A DNA stretch of 63,039 nucleotides, the filler included, from Hausera hauseri (lineage: Eukaryota), in the NCBI GenBank assembly GCA_046269625.1. It is 12 parts of 12 records of this genome, joined end to end, with 100 filler letters (N's around TTAATTAATTAA, not from the genome) between each part and the next. Parts side by side here need not be neighbours in the genome. Positions count along the whole stretch, not along the records: positions 47,185 to 51,308 come from JBJURY010746987.1; positions 51,409 to 56,720 come from JBJURY010282395.1; positions 56,821 to 63,039 come from JBJURY010124095.1; 9 more parts are not named here. One strand, 5' to 3'. Position numbers and translations under genes: made by a program. The notes under the pieces are model-generated. The model was not told where the DNA came from and made no database searches. It saw only the letters and a program-made list of their open reading frames with translations. Shown here piece after piece: positions 48,349-61,756 of this stretch; the first letter of the stretch is position 1; each line of letters begins with the position of its first letter.

Positions 48349-50308
48349 TCATTTCTTTGCTTTCATCTGACTATATTCGGCATCATTATCATCAGGTATA
48401 CTATACGGGGATTCTTTGATGTCTTTTCTTTGTAGTATCTTCCTCTTCCATTGTGCATCATGGTTTGCTAAGAAACAACTTGCTACCGCCGGTATTACCG
48501 CTATTAGGATTTTCCATGAGCATCTTAATTTTGCATGTATTCCATAGGCTTTACCTAGTGCCGTAAATACGGTCTGTATGGCGCTAATAATAAAATATAG
48601 CTAGAAAACCGGAAGCTGCTTGGCCAAAATATAAGAACTTTCCCCATATCTTCTCCATAACGTTTTTTGTTACCTTCTTTAGATAATCCTTACCCATAAG
48701 GTTTTCCCATTGTGATGATCCTTCGCCATCCCACATTACTCTCCTAGCCAGTTCTGTTATAACTTTTTGTCTCTGTTGCGGAAACAACAACATTCATCGA
48801 TAATCCTCTAGATTTTGTTGTGTGTAAATTCCTCCCTGTGATATACCGGCTAACGGTTCGAATTTTTGATTCCTTTGCAGATTAATCAAATTTAACTTCT
48901 CCGGTTTGGACACTGGTTCCCTTTTTGGCATTCTGATCCACTTGTCGTTGTTGATCTTAAACATTGACGACATATTTAACGTGCATTTGTATAATGGAGT
49001 AGGCTTCACATTAATATCTAATAGTATTCTAGTTACTGGCATCACATATTTTGGTTCTGTATGGTAAACCACAGGTAATTCCACTGTACATTCTTCTGTT
49101 GGTCTGATTGATACTTCTACCTTTTTACATTCTATTGTTATCAGTACCTCGTCCATCACTCTGCCAATGATTCCGTTGCCGAAGGGCATAACGGGCACTA
49201 CCATATCCGGATTCGTTATTACCAATGTCATTTTATTGCGCATTCTTTCGTAATTCGGCTTGCATTTATTCATTATTATTTCTCGATATAAGCCTCTAAT
49301 TTCTTTTCTTACATAATTCATTAAAAAAGCAATCTTGTTATCGAAATATTGTATTAACTTTATATCCTTTTTATCTATTTTGGTTTTCGCACCTGGTATT
49401 TCTTTTCTCGATAAGAATATGCCCTTGTAATTGGTTTTTGATATCTCTTCGCTACACTTATTTGCTACTCCTGTGAGTTTAAATCGCATCATTTCTTCCG
49501 GATTTTCAAAATATACAATTGTAGCTACTTCTGTCATCTTCACTTCCTTTGTTCCTTCTATATATGTCGCTATTTCTTTTTCCGCCGTTTTTCCTACTGT
49601 CTTGTTAAACTTTCCTTCCTTTAATAGCGTTAACTGGCATTTACTTGCAATGGTTTACCATGTCATTTTCGATTCTCCAGTATTACATTCTCTATTATCA
49701 TATTCGCACTCACTCATAGTCATCATCAGTTTTGTCTGTGAGTCGAATAACACTTCATATTCTTTTAACTGAATCTGGTAATCTTCGATGGCTACCGTTC
49801 TAGGCGCAATGGTACCTCCGACATCGTAATCCACTCCTTTACAAGTGCCTTCTATTGATTTGTTTATTCTTCCTGCCCTGAAAATTCTGGTATATTTTAT
49901 TCGGTTTCGAACTGCCGGTATATGTGCATTATGGATACTTATTATGCCAATTTTGAAAGCATCCTGGCATTCTGCTCGTGATATAATTATCGGTTCAAAA
50001 GGCATCGTAGGCTCGATTATGGCTGAGTTTCCAGAATAATAGGCACAATTAAACAGAATAAATAATCTTTTTACGTAACATTCCCTGACTTTTGCATTTA
50101 TGAATTCGGGTTCTTGTTATACCCAGTATGCAAGACCACTTGTCGTTGTTAACTGTTCTGGATCGGCTTCTGGACACTTCTCCAAATCCACCAAAGAATA
50201 TTTTTGACCTTCGCTAAATTTAGAGCAGTAATAAGCTACTATACCTACAGCTTTCGGCATCAATAATGACGTTATTAGGAGAATTTGAATAATCTCCATC
50301 ATTGACAT
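48349..50308 (-). pseudogene. Chuvirus-type (class III) envelope glycoprotein carried by an LTR retrotransposon
   Basis: Signal-like hydrophobic stretch, then IVAYYC..YSLVDLEKC; GTCKG; CEYDNREC..W; YFDNKIAF..LY..KC; GRVMDEV..IECKKVEV...CTVELPV..P.TRIL; GGIYTQQNLEDYR*MLLFP..ELARR; TM region WGKFLYFGQAASGFLAIF. The Cys spacing fits chuviral G as I recall it. About 650 codons with a few stops and one frameshift. Confidence 0.8.
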
Positions 50309-51308
50309 ACCTGTTATGCCTGGTCTAGAGGTGTTTGGTTGTGTCGCCGTTGGCGTATCTATTAATCTTTCTCGTTCTCCTGGCCTTATTACATTAGTCA
50401 TGAAGGTGGTCAACCATCCACCTCTATACTGAGCCCAATTGCCTAACGTATCTTTTAAAAATTTTACGGCTGTCCTTATATTGCGCTCAATTCCTTCTAG
50501 ATTTTGAGTTTGGTGATTGATTACTGTTATCTTATATAGAAGGTATGATATCGCCATTCGAGCTTTTTCGCGTTTAATTCCGGTTGCGAACATTTCTTCT
50601 AAAATATTTATCTCGTAGTTCATTTATTCGTTCTTCATCTAAATTCTCGTAGAATTGCGTACTTATTCGTAGCATATTGTTATGTAACGTTGTGAATAGT
50701 TCATCTGGTATTATTGCCTGCATGTAAAATGAGGCAAATGACGTATGTAATCTAACCAATAACATTCTTAATAATGGGTCTATGTCCACTGATTCGGGAG
50801 TACCATCTATTCCTGCTAATAATAATCGTCTTACTATTTCTTCGTTTCTATCTTTTCTGTTGCGAATGTCACTTATTTTTGTCCCTTTTGGTCTACCTCT
50901 TCTCCTGACTTCTGTTTGAACTGTGACATCTTGAGTATCACCCACAGGATTTTCTACCTCCTGTGGTTGTAGTTCCCTGTTGACTGTGCTCTGGCCTCTG
51001 GATGTATTTCGGTCATTGTTATCGGATTGTAGTTTTCACTTCTACATCCAATTCTCAATAATTTATCGTAATTATATAACGTCCTTCCGTAATAATTTAA
51101 TCCCTAAGGGCTTCCTTGATAAAAAGGTTCCAGCTCCTCAATCTTTTCTATTAAAGATTGTATGTCGTCTGCTTCATTCATTCTGATAACCCTCATGTCT
51201 TGGTTTCCTTCCCTTACTGTTATCCTTATAACTTCATTTCTTCCTTTCTCATCCTCGGCAGCTTTGGCCAATACCGTCCTAGCTATTTCTCTAACAGGAC
51301 TGGTGTCT
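50309..51308 (-). pseudogene. Polyprotein region upstream of the glycoprotein (possible ubiquitin-like domain, AT-hook-like RRRGRPK)
   Basis: Largely open coding sequence with two frameshifts leading into the glycoprotein frame. No integrase or CCHC motif was seen. Confidence 0.5.
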
Positions 51309-54300
51309 NNNNNNNNNNNNNNNNNNNNNNNNNNNNNNNNNNNNNNNNNNNNTTAATTAATTAANNNNNNNNNNNNNNNNNNNNNNNNNNNNNNNNNNNN
51401 NNNNNNNNGAATAAATGTTTTTTCATGTTATTGATCAGCATTATATTTTGCATGTGTCTTATTATTCATTTTAAAAACCTTCATTTACAATAATTGACGT
51501 TCCATTCTAAGTAGGGACATTACCTTACTGGTTGTCAGGGTTTTTATAAAATTAGTTATATGTACAAAATTTTATGCCGACTAACAATACGAAATGAAGC
51601 CATAATTACACAATAATAACATTCAAATGTAGCGTAAATTAACGCTATGAGGAGGAACATTCGTGGAAATTTCGTTTACCTTTTAGTTGTATAAAAATGC
51701 AGGTTCTGGATCATACCCACCTCTTGTACGCGAAACGGACATAAATACGAAAAAAGTAACAAGCGATTTTGGTCAATTTCCGTACGTAGATTTTAAAAAT
51801 GATGAATACGAGTCTGTACGATGCATCCCGGAGGTTGGAGATGGATGGGAAAAATGAGGATTTTGCGGGGAAGAATGTATGACGCATAGAAATGATGGGA
51901 AGTAAAGGGTGCATCAAATGGTGAAGGAATGAGGTCTATCGGATGAAAGGCAGCTTCAAGGGGGGACGGAAAAAAGTGATCCAGAACCGGCATATGATTC
52001 ATGGCGAACTGGTGTTAGTGGTTGGGCTGAGTGTATATCAATATATAAAGATAATGCGTTATAGGTATTCTATATTAGTGGTTGGATATTATTTCTAAGT
52101 CAATCCTGATTGCACCCCGTTCCACCAACATATAATGTTATTGAATATCTGAAGGTGTGTTGTTAGGTGGTGGTTGGATTACATCAAGTAATCTGCGCCT
52201 TCAATATGCTTCATCAATTTGCGTTAAGGACATTGCTGGCATTAGGGTTAAATGCAAGGCATTCAAAATTATATTCAACATATAACTCTATGCCACGAAA
52301 CTATCATCTGTCATTCTTTGTGAAATTATGCTCATGGTTTTCAGGATCATAACAAAGATATGTTTACATTCATTCATTCTCTTCATCACAGATCTTGACC
52401 ATAAGGTATTTCTACTTCGAAAGATTAATTGTAATTGTTCATGTATATTTATACCTTATCTTTAGAGCTTGAATGATACAAAGATGAACAAGTGCAATAT
52501 GGGTAGTCTGAGTTGTTTATCAAAGATTTCATAAGGTGAGCAAGTGCAATGTATGTGTTCCGAATTATTTATTTGGGATTCGGTATCTCTACCATCTGAC
52601 ACCAATATTTACCAACATTACTAATCAACTGTGATACAATCGAAGGCCTCCCTTTACCAAATTCTTACAAGTAAATCCTACTCATTTCATAATACTCTAC
52701 CCTTCAGCGGACATCACTTTCATCATTAGACCCTTTTGTCACATTCATCAATAAATTTGTCGTGTTCATCAATAGATCCCCTTCTTATCTTACACTATAG
52801 TAAGTTACTTCTATTCCATATCTCGTATTATCATAGAGCTTTCTCCGTTCATCGTTTATACTTCACTCGTGGTATCCTTGTTGACCACCTCAATAAAGTA
52901 TTCCGACCCGATGATTATATTATACGATTTGTAAGTCACAACCTTTATGTTATATGGCTATTAATTAACCCACAGTTTTCCTTCGATTCGTTTACCTTCA
53001 TAGGACTCTTAAGCAATTTCTAATATAATAAATCTCTTATCTATAATTAGTATTTATTCACTTTTTAAACCTTAATCAATTTCTAAGCACGAGTCCCGTT
53101 AGGTTCAGTAAAATATGCGTGTTCATTAATTTCTAGAAGACTCATAGTCACACTTGTAAATTTCGTAGCAGCGATCCCACTCATATAATAAATGAGTTAT
53201 CATCGTTTCCTTCATCGAATGAGGAACTCTATTACTTCAAAATAATTCGAAATCTGTTAATAACGTTAGTAATAATACGTATACGTATATATCTATACAA
53301 ACACATCATTATATGGATAGAACAAAACATTTGTATAGGACGGAATTCGAGATGTCTTAGTAATGATGTTCATTGTAAAGGGTTTTCTTATTCTAAATCA
53401 ATTATATTGATCTCTCATCAAAACAATCGACGGTTATTACAACACTTGCAGGGAGATATCATGACCTTCCATGGATAAGACTTCATCTTCCCAATCGCAA
53501 AGTCATCTAAAATTTCAGTATCATTCATCCCTTTTTCTTTTTATTCGGCCCATTGTAATCTTCGGTTTTGTCTTTCAACAATTCTCGAATTATATTTCAT
53601 TATCTGCATAACCATTAATCAAGTTATCAAAATCTTTATCAGAATGATGTTAGACCAAATAGATTTTCACGAACAAGATTTATTAACAAAACAAAATTAT
53701 ACATAAAATTCTAGTGGCGGCTAACAATTAAAAGTATTTTAAAAATAAAATAGTATTATACAAAGATTATACCTTGATTCTCTTCTTGTACTTCTGGAAT
53801 ATTGATATTATGTCGTTGAGCCATGTCGGATTTATACTGATTCTTCAATTAAAGGTATTGAGTTCAATTTGACCGATCTGGTATCAATGTCAGAGTGAAT
53901 TTGTATAAAATTTCTTCCAATTAATTTACCAATCTGTTCGTTTGCAATTGTTATGTCTGACATCAGCTAATTTTTCACTAGTAATGGATCTGATTACTTA
54001 CTTGTAATCGTATTCATTTTGTCTCCTTCAATAATTAAATCTTTTGGTTCCTTGAAATTATGTATATTGAGTTGGCAATCCTTCTAAATAAATTCGTAAA
54101 TTTCATCCTCTTTTAACGCCTATACTTGTCGGTTCTTGCTTATAACAACCACAGGGAACTGATTAAAATTATTCACAAAAAATTCTTTATTTTCTATTGT
54201 ATCTCGAAGTCTTCTTCGAGGTTTTGTGATCTGACTGTTTATATTAGTATCTAGTGGTTTACAAAGTATTGTGTCTTTTTTACGTTTTTCAACTGGTTTA

Positions 54301-55189
54301 TATACCAGTTTTGTGAGCTGTCAGATGCTAATTGATACTTCAAGATCACCTTTTTTAAAGTGACTCTTACAAATTAATCGTTGTTATTCAAATATCATCT
54401 TACAATTTTCAAAAATCGGTTTATCACTGATCATCGGCTTTTTAATTGTCAAATTTTCAAAAGATTATCGGCCCGTCAAATTTCAATTATCGTTTTTCAA
54501 ATTCCAATTATCACCTTCAAATAATCTGTTGTCACACAAAATTTTAATTATCTTTTCCAAAATATTCTATAACACAAAATAAGCAACAAAAGGTAATCTA
54601 TCATATAGTTGCTGTTATCTACATTTTCTATTTTCTAAATTCTCTAACCGTGATTTATCGTTTTCTAAAGTTTCTAATTTTTAAAATATCTTAGTTATTT
54701 TCCAGAGACTCCATTTCCTAAAATCTCCGTCTTATTGTCGATCTTACATTTTGTTACTAAACCATTGTCTACTATGTTACTTTATCTAGTCGTCAATTGT
54801 TACTGCCGCGTTAACATTTATGGTTAACAATTACGTACAAATCTCAGCAAGTGATGACACCAATCACTTAGGGTTTAACAATGGAAGAATAAAGGAAAGT
54901 AAAGTAGTGTTTTATTTAAATACATAAATCAAATAGAAATGTTTCACTAAATAAAGTCAAAAACTGATTATCCAATAATGTTATCAAATAATGTTTCAGA
55001 GTAATTAATGTATCAAAATAATTTGGTCACGTTCGAATATCAAATACTGTCACGTTCGAATAATTGATCCTAACCCTGTAATCGATAAGCGGTAAACGGA
55101 ATTCGGTTCCTTAACAATGGGTCAATGAATAGCCGAACGGTACCAGATTGAACAATACATGATGCAGGGATGTGTACTTCATGATGGAT

Positions 55190-56039
55190 TTTCAAAGTAA
55201 TCCCTCCCACTTGAATACATTTATTCCAACGTTTTTTCCAGTCTTTGAAACACGTATCATACGCAGCTTTTGGTATAGCCTACAAAGCGGCCAGCGAGTT
55301 CTCCTGGATGGCTTCTATTGACTCAAATCGGTTTCAATCGAGGAAAAAGGAGCATAGATCCAAGTCTCATCGTTAGTAGTTATGCATTTCAGGTCATCAG
55401 CAGTCATAGAAAGCATTTCTTCGGCCTCTTGAACACGACGATGTTCTTGAAATACATTCAAAGCTTTTGGAGCAAGACGAGAAGACACACGAGACAATCC
55501 CAAATCGTCCTTTAAAATTGTTTATATTGATCCTTTTGACATGCAAAAGCTTTCTACAAGATCTGTTTGAGTCAGTCGACGACTGGAAAGTACAAACTCC
55601 TTGATTTTCTTGATGTTTTCATCATTAATTGAGGTTTATGGCCTTCCTGAACGAGATTCGTCTTCGACTGTTTCACGACCCTTAACAAATGATTTATATT
55701 ACTTAAGAACTTATGATCTTGATAAACATTCATAGCCGTAACACTTGTAACATTTTCACTATATGAGAACAACAAATTTCATTTTTGAGAAAAAATTAAT
55801 ATAAAATTTTTGTTCTACATATTTATCCATATTGAAAAACTCGCCGAGAACAATTTTATTCAAACACGCTTTAATTTCTAACCTAACAAAGCGAATGTCA
55901 TGATATTTCTGTCAGCTGTTCACAACAGTCATAGTAAATGAATATACACTAAATAATATACTAAATAAATATGCACATCGATATTCAACGCGCATACTTT
56001 TTATAAATACAGTCCAATTACTTTTTGTCCACAGTAGTA
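55190..56039 (-). mobile_element. Internally deleted mariner transposon
   Basis: VEDESRSGRP, VSSRLAPKAL (WVPH-like), ITTNDETWIY and C-terminal WKKRWNKCIQVGGDYFE. A 5' TIR-like TACTACTGTGGACAAAAAGTAATTGGACTG lies at ~56010-56039. Confidence 0.85.
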
Positions 56040-57399
56040 GCAATCAAAATAAATTTTTGTTTGTCGAAAATCTTCGTTAAATGTGAGTATCATATACTTT
56101 CGAAGAATGTTTTCATCGAAATTTTCATCATCAAGCTAAATGATAGTTTACGAATCATTTAAAATTTCCATTTTAATTGAGTTTGTCAAAGATTTTGGTT
56201 AAGACGATGATGGGTCCAATGATGGTGTCGAATGTTTAATTCCAATGTGAACGATTTTTACATGCTTGTATATATATGTATATCTGTCTTGTGTCAATTT
56301 AGTATTTTTTGTGTGTGAGACAATTCAAATATTTAAATTTGGTCAAGATATCTAAAATCACCCACAAAATTTTAAGACGTGGCATGAAGGATGAACACAA
56401 ATGTTTAGATCTGGCAAACCACCCACAAATAGTGAAAACCAGTTTATGGTGTGTATTGTGTAGGAAGTCATACTTAAAATCAAAAGTTTTAGAGTATGAT
56501 GATATTTAGTAAGACTGATTAAAGTGAGTATTGTTTTTAAATTAATTTTTTAATTTATTTCTATTCAGCCTTTTGATATGACAAATTCCAGGTAGCATTG
56601 TGCAGCTTTAATAGTAGATGGATGTGAGTCCATGGCGCCAATACCCCCCCGGGAAGAAAATTTTTTTGGTGAAGAAAAATTGATGCGTTTAAACAAAAGT
56701 AGAATTGATGAACCGGTACTNNNNNNNNNNNNNNNNNNNNNNNNNNNNNNNNNNNNNNNNNNNNTTAATTAATTAANNNNNNNNNNNNNNNNNNNNNNNN
56801 NNNNNNNNNNNNNNNNNNNNTATTTATTTTTGCTGCTCCATTACTGAAGCAACATAAATTGCTATATATTTATTGTCTTGGTTTTTATATAGCTGTTGCT
56901 CAATTTGACCTCTATACTAAACTGTTAATGTATTGTTTATGCATAATGGATCCATTAATATGTTACATTCAGATAATTTTTATAACTATGACTGATATAC
57001 ATGTTATTGGACATTGATCACGTGCCAAATGCATTAACCTTGATTTCATTTAAAATAAAAAAATTTCAGCATCCAAAATCAATTTATGAACCAAAACAAA
57101 AACTATTTTAGAATTTTTTGTATTTTAAATTTAAATTTTTGCACGTCAATAAATTACCGATGCTAGAATTTTTCCAGTACTTTATGTAAGCGTAAATTAT
57201 TTGACGACAAAATTTTGTTAAATTTTTTTATTAAATTAAGGCGACAACAAGTCTAATAAAGTATATTGCAATAATTCAAAAGTTCGCCGTTAAACCGTTT
57301 GTTTAAACAACTATTAATTCTTATCGTAACATGATAGTTTTTCAGCTTTAACGGTAATTGACATATGTTGGCTCTCATTGGATATCTCCTTCCTTGTGA

Positions 57400-58480
57400 T
57401 TCTGCAATCACATTTGTCCTCACTGATAGTACTTCATTTCTATTATCTGCTTCTGAACACTCTTGATTGTCTGGAACAAATTCGCCACCGGGACAAGACA
57501 GTGATATCTCTCTGAAACAGTCATTTGTCTTTTTATTTGATTTTAGTACCCCCTGGATCCGCTTTCCTTCTCCATCGTTGAAAAGGACATACGTCCAATC
57601 GTCAATTACCTTTTCAACTCTGAATGAACGCCAAAATTTATTACGTCAAAACCAATCTTTGTTTCGCACTGTACCATTACGACATATTCTATTCCAAATC
57701 TCTTGTTCCATTTGTTCCTGTTATATCTGATTGCCTCTTGTTTTCCTTTCTCTTTCTATCGTTCAATAAATTTTTAATAAACTATTTCAAACTTCATGTG
57801 TAACTTTGATATGTTCACTGATGCTGAGTGATCCATCACTGATATCGACATTTCGTAGCAATGGGCTTCTTTGTCTGAATCCGAACACAATCCCATAAGG
57901 CGTATACCCTGTCGATTTATGCCACGAGTTTCTTGTACCATACTCCGGTATAAATAGAACTTCTGACCCATCTAAGATTTTACGAACATCTATGATTGCG
58001 GCTATGTGATTTCACAGTACGAAATGATTTTTCTCTTAGTCCATCACGCTGTGGATAATATGGAGACGTAAACGATTTATTGATACCCATGAATTTGAAA
58101 AATTCTTTAAACAGTGTATTTTATCTGGAATTCCTCATTTTGATATACAGTGTGTCCAAAGAACATTTGCGACTTCCTGTGCTAACATCGATTTCAGTGG
58201 AATCAAAATTATATACTTTGAAAAATATTCATTAATACCTAGAATATATCTGTAGTCATCTCTGATACTTCTAAATGGTCCTATTATATCAGTACCAATC
58301 ATTTGGAATGGTTTCAATTTATTGAACTTCTGTAAAGGTACCTTGAAACGGCCTTTTTTCTTTGTGTCTATAAGAGAACTGACAGGTAGAAATAGCTTTT
58401 TTATTTCATTAGTCATCCCACGCCAGAGATAATCCTCTGTAATTCCCATAATCATGCTTTTAAAAACAGCAGTCATCATT
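57400..58480 (-). mobile_element. Ty3/gypsy integrase remnant
   Basis: YLWRGM...PFQMIGTDIIGPF...YILGINEYFSKY...GIPDKIH...TSPYYPQRDG, plus a degenerate GPF/Y region. Confidence 0.85.
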
Positions 58481-58499
58481 AAAACAACGGACGCGCTGC

Positions 58500-61400
58500 C
58501 TTTGCTTCTAACAACCGTCCTGGTTCCCCCTTTTCAAAAAATCTAACTTCGCCACTAGAGCTTACGGTGAGCACTGGCTAGGGCCACTCTTTACTTTCTA
58601 TTAGCCGAAAAATTTCTCTCCCTGTGTTCACATTGAAAGCTTCTACCACTGCACCGATACCTCAACAAATAAACTTCCTTATCGATACAGGTGCAGCGAT
58701 ATCGCTGCTACCGCTCACTTTTCTCGTTTAAAACGTTCCATCTAAAGTAAAATCTCTTTTACGGCTTCCAAATGACCGTTGCATCTTTCTGGAAATTCAA
58801 AACTTTCCTTCACTTTGCCAAACTTCTCTTCAAAGTTTCACTGGACGTTTACAGTTCCAAATGTCCAGACAGTCATTTTTGGATCTGATTTTCGATCGTA
58901 TTACAGTCTTTTGGTCGATTGTAAACAGCGTTATCTGAAAAGTAACTTTAGCAAAAATCAAATCATCCAGTTAAATAACGTTTTAGCTGTCACCTCATTA
59001 CGCAACACCAGAGGCCCATTCGTCAGGAGATACGTCCATTATCTCTTAGACGTAAACAGGTCGTCGAAGCCGAATTTCTAGACCTTGAACGCTGCGATAT
59101 TGTACGTCGATCAAAGTCTCCGTGGTCTTCTCCTTTACATTTGCAAAAAAAGAACGGATCGTTTCGACCATGTGGTGACTACCGGCATCTAAACATTTGA
59201 CCATAATGATTGCGCACCAGTTACCACTGATTAAGGACATCTTACATTGCCTAGATTCCCCACAGTATATTCCACTATTGACCTAGACAAGGCATATCAG
59301 CAGATTTCTGTGACACCAGAAGATATTGAAAAAATCGCAATTTCAACGCCTTTCGGCCTTTATGAATACTTATATATGCCTTTGGCTTGAGGAATGCTAC
59401 CCAAACATTTCAACTACACATAGATGCAATTCTCTCTGATTTTCCTATGCTCAACCTTACATCGACGACATTTAGTTGTTTCTCAATCAGCTAAACAGCA
59501 TGAGGAACACCTCCGATCCATCTTTCAGCGTTTGCATCAACATAATCCTCAGATAAATTTTGCAAAATGTCATTTTTAAGCAGCGCATAAATTACCTCGG
59601 ATACGTTATCCCTTCTGAAGGTTAATCGCCCCAGCCCAACTGAGTTGAAACCCTCAATAGCGTGGAACTACTACGAAAACAACTGAAATGAGGAACTTTC
59701 TCGGAACCTTGCATTTCATCCACAAGTACGTCCCATATTGTTCAGAACTAACTGTATCCTTTGCTCATCATCTAAGTAGCGAAAAAAGTAACAGCCAATA
59801 CTGTGGATGCCTGAATTGTTGGATATGTTTGATAAGTTAAGAGTAGGTCTAAAAACAGTCGAAATTTTAGCATACCCTAAGCCAGACAACAACTTAGTCA
59901 GTTTGCTCGATTAATTTTAAGCTTATCTTCACTCAAAATCGGCTTCAGAAAAACCAGCTATCTCAAGACATCCTTAAATCTTTTAAACCGTGAAATATCG
60001 TTGACGGCGTGGCTCCAGATACGTCCAAACCAAGACAGTCTAAAATTATCTTAGCTCCTGCCTTGAAAAAACAGGCATTCAACGGCGTACATTCACGACA
60101 TCACCCTTGTGCTAAGGCCACTTTTCGCTTGCTTCATCGACAGCTAGTTTAACCGTCAATGCATTCTGATGTTCAAGCGTGGGTCAAGGAGTGCGCAGGT
60201 TGCCAGAAATTTATAACTATCATGCATTTAAAGCCACCACTATATCATTTCCCGTGCACATCGCGCTTCGAGTCCGTGCATATAAATCTTGTTGGCCCTC
60301 TCCTCCAGACAACCGTCATCAATTCACCTTGACCATGATGGACCGTTCATCGCGATGGCCAGAAGCCACCCCTTTGCGGAGCACTAATACGGATACAATA
60401 GCCGATATTTTCATCCGCACTTGGATCAGCAGGTTTGGATTTATCATCACGGACCAAGGTCCTCAATTTAAATCTATCATGTTCAAATCCCTCTACAACC
60501 GATTGGGGATCAGCCATATACACACAACATCTTTTTACCCCCTATAAAATTGCCTTTCTCAACGATTCCACAGAACACTAAAAAAGTCTTTTAGAATCTT
60601 CGCTCTATCTAACAGTAGTTGGGCTGCTCTTTTTCCCTTAGTTCTGCTTGGCTGGTGGAACACTCCGTCTACCTCTACAGGATGCTCACCTACCGAAGCC
60701 TTATTTAGAGCTCCCATACGTTCATTATTTGAGCTAACCGTTCTAGAAGACACGCCTACAGACCAAACGATCCGAGTGGCACAGGACTACTTTGTTGCAG
60801 TCAGTAAAGATTCAAGCTGCAGAATATTATATAACAATAAAACGTATTTACCTGATGATTTATACTCTGCAAAGTTTGGCTATGGAATTAAACTCCGTGC
60901 GGTTTCTAACCAAGGTATTTAGGGCCTTATAGACTCGCTCGGTTGCATTCTCACAATGCGGTTATCTTTCAAGACGGTAAGGAACTAGTGGTGCATATCA
61001 ACAACGTCAAGCTCGCTGTCTTCGTAGATGATACAATCCTAACCGAATCATCCACTTCTTTTCTCACTCTTTCATCGATTTCTGTTCCCACTTCTTCTTC
61101 TGCATCTGCTTAACTTCCTACTATTATTAGTATCCTTTCTGCAGTTTTTATTTCTATTCCATAATCTATTTCTACTTATCGTCTTGCCTCTGTAACTGTT
61201 TCGTCTCCTGCTTCTTTACTTTCGATGCTGAAACGTTCACTTCCACTTCTCCAACAACCCTTTCTTCTTTTTCCAACATGTCCAACAATTTCTTGTTTCC
61301 TCAAACGTCCATTGAAAAATCTTACCCTTCACATTCGTCCGTCTTTCTTCTTGCTTCATCTTTTTTCTTCATCTTCTTCTCCCCTTCATGACTCGTCTTC

Positions 61401-61756
61401 GCACGGCACAACACCGTACTCTATGAAATCTGACATGGTTTTACTCCAACCACCTCAGCAAGCAGATGCAAAAACATAGAAACATCTCAAATCACTTACA
61501 TTTAGTACTTACAGTAAGGTCCAAAATACTGAAGGGATACAGCACACTGTTCCGTTTTTGCGTTTGTTTCCTACTTTATTTTATCTTTATAGTTTTCACC
61601 TTGCCACGGGGTGTGGTTATGTTGTGACCAACATGAGCCGTGCCCCTCGGCCCATTCTTACTGGGCGCGGTCGGGCATTCGTTTTCGCCCAATTGGTCCC
61701 ATAGCCGAGCCCGATGTTACCCTTCGTTTGGTCTTACCGTAAAGCAGATGACTACA
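58500..61756 (+). mobile_element. Degenerate Ty3/gypsy pol with putative short 3' LTR
   Basis: FLIDTGAAISLLP; SPWSSPLH, RPCGDYR, TIDLDKAYQQI, TPFGLYEY, YIDDI; integrase MDRSSRWPEA, WISRFG, TDQGPQF. RNase H is largely deleted. A G-run followed by TGTGG...ACTACA at 61612-61756 may be the LTR (tentative). Confidence 0.9.
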
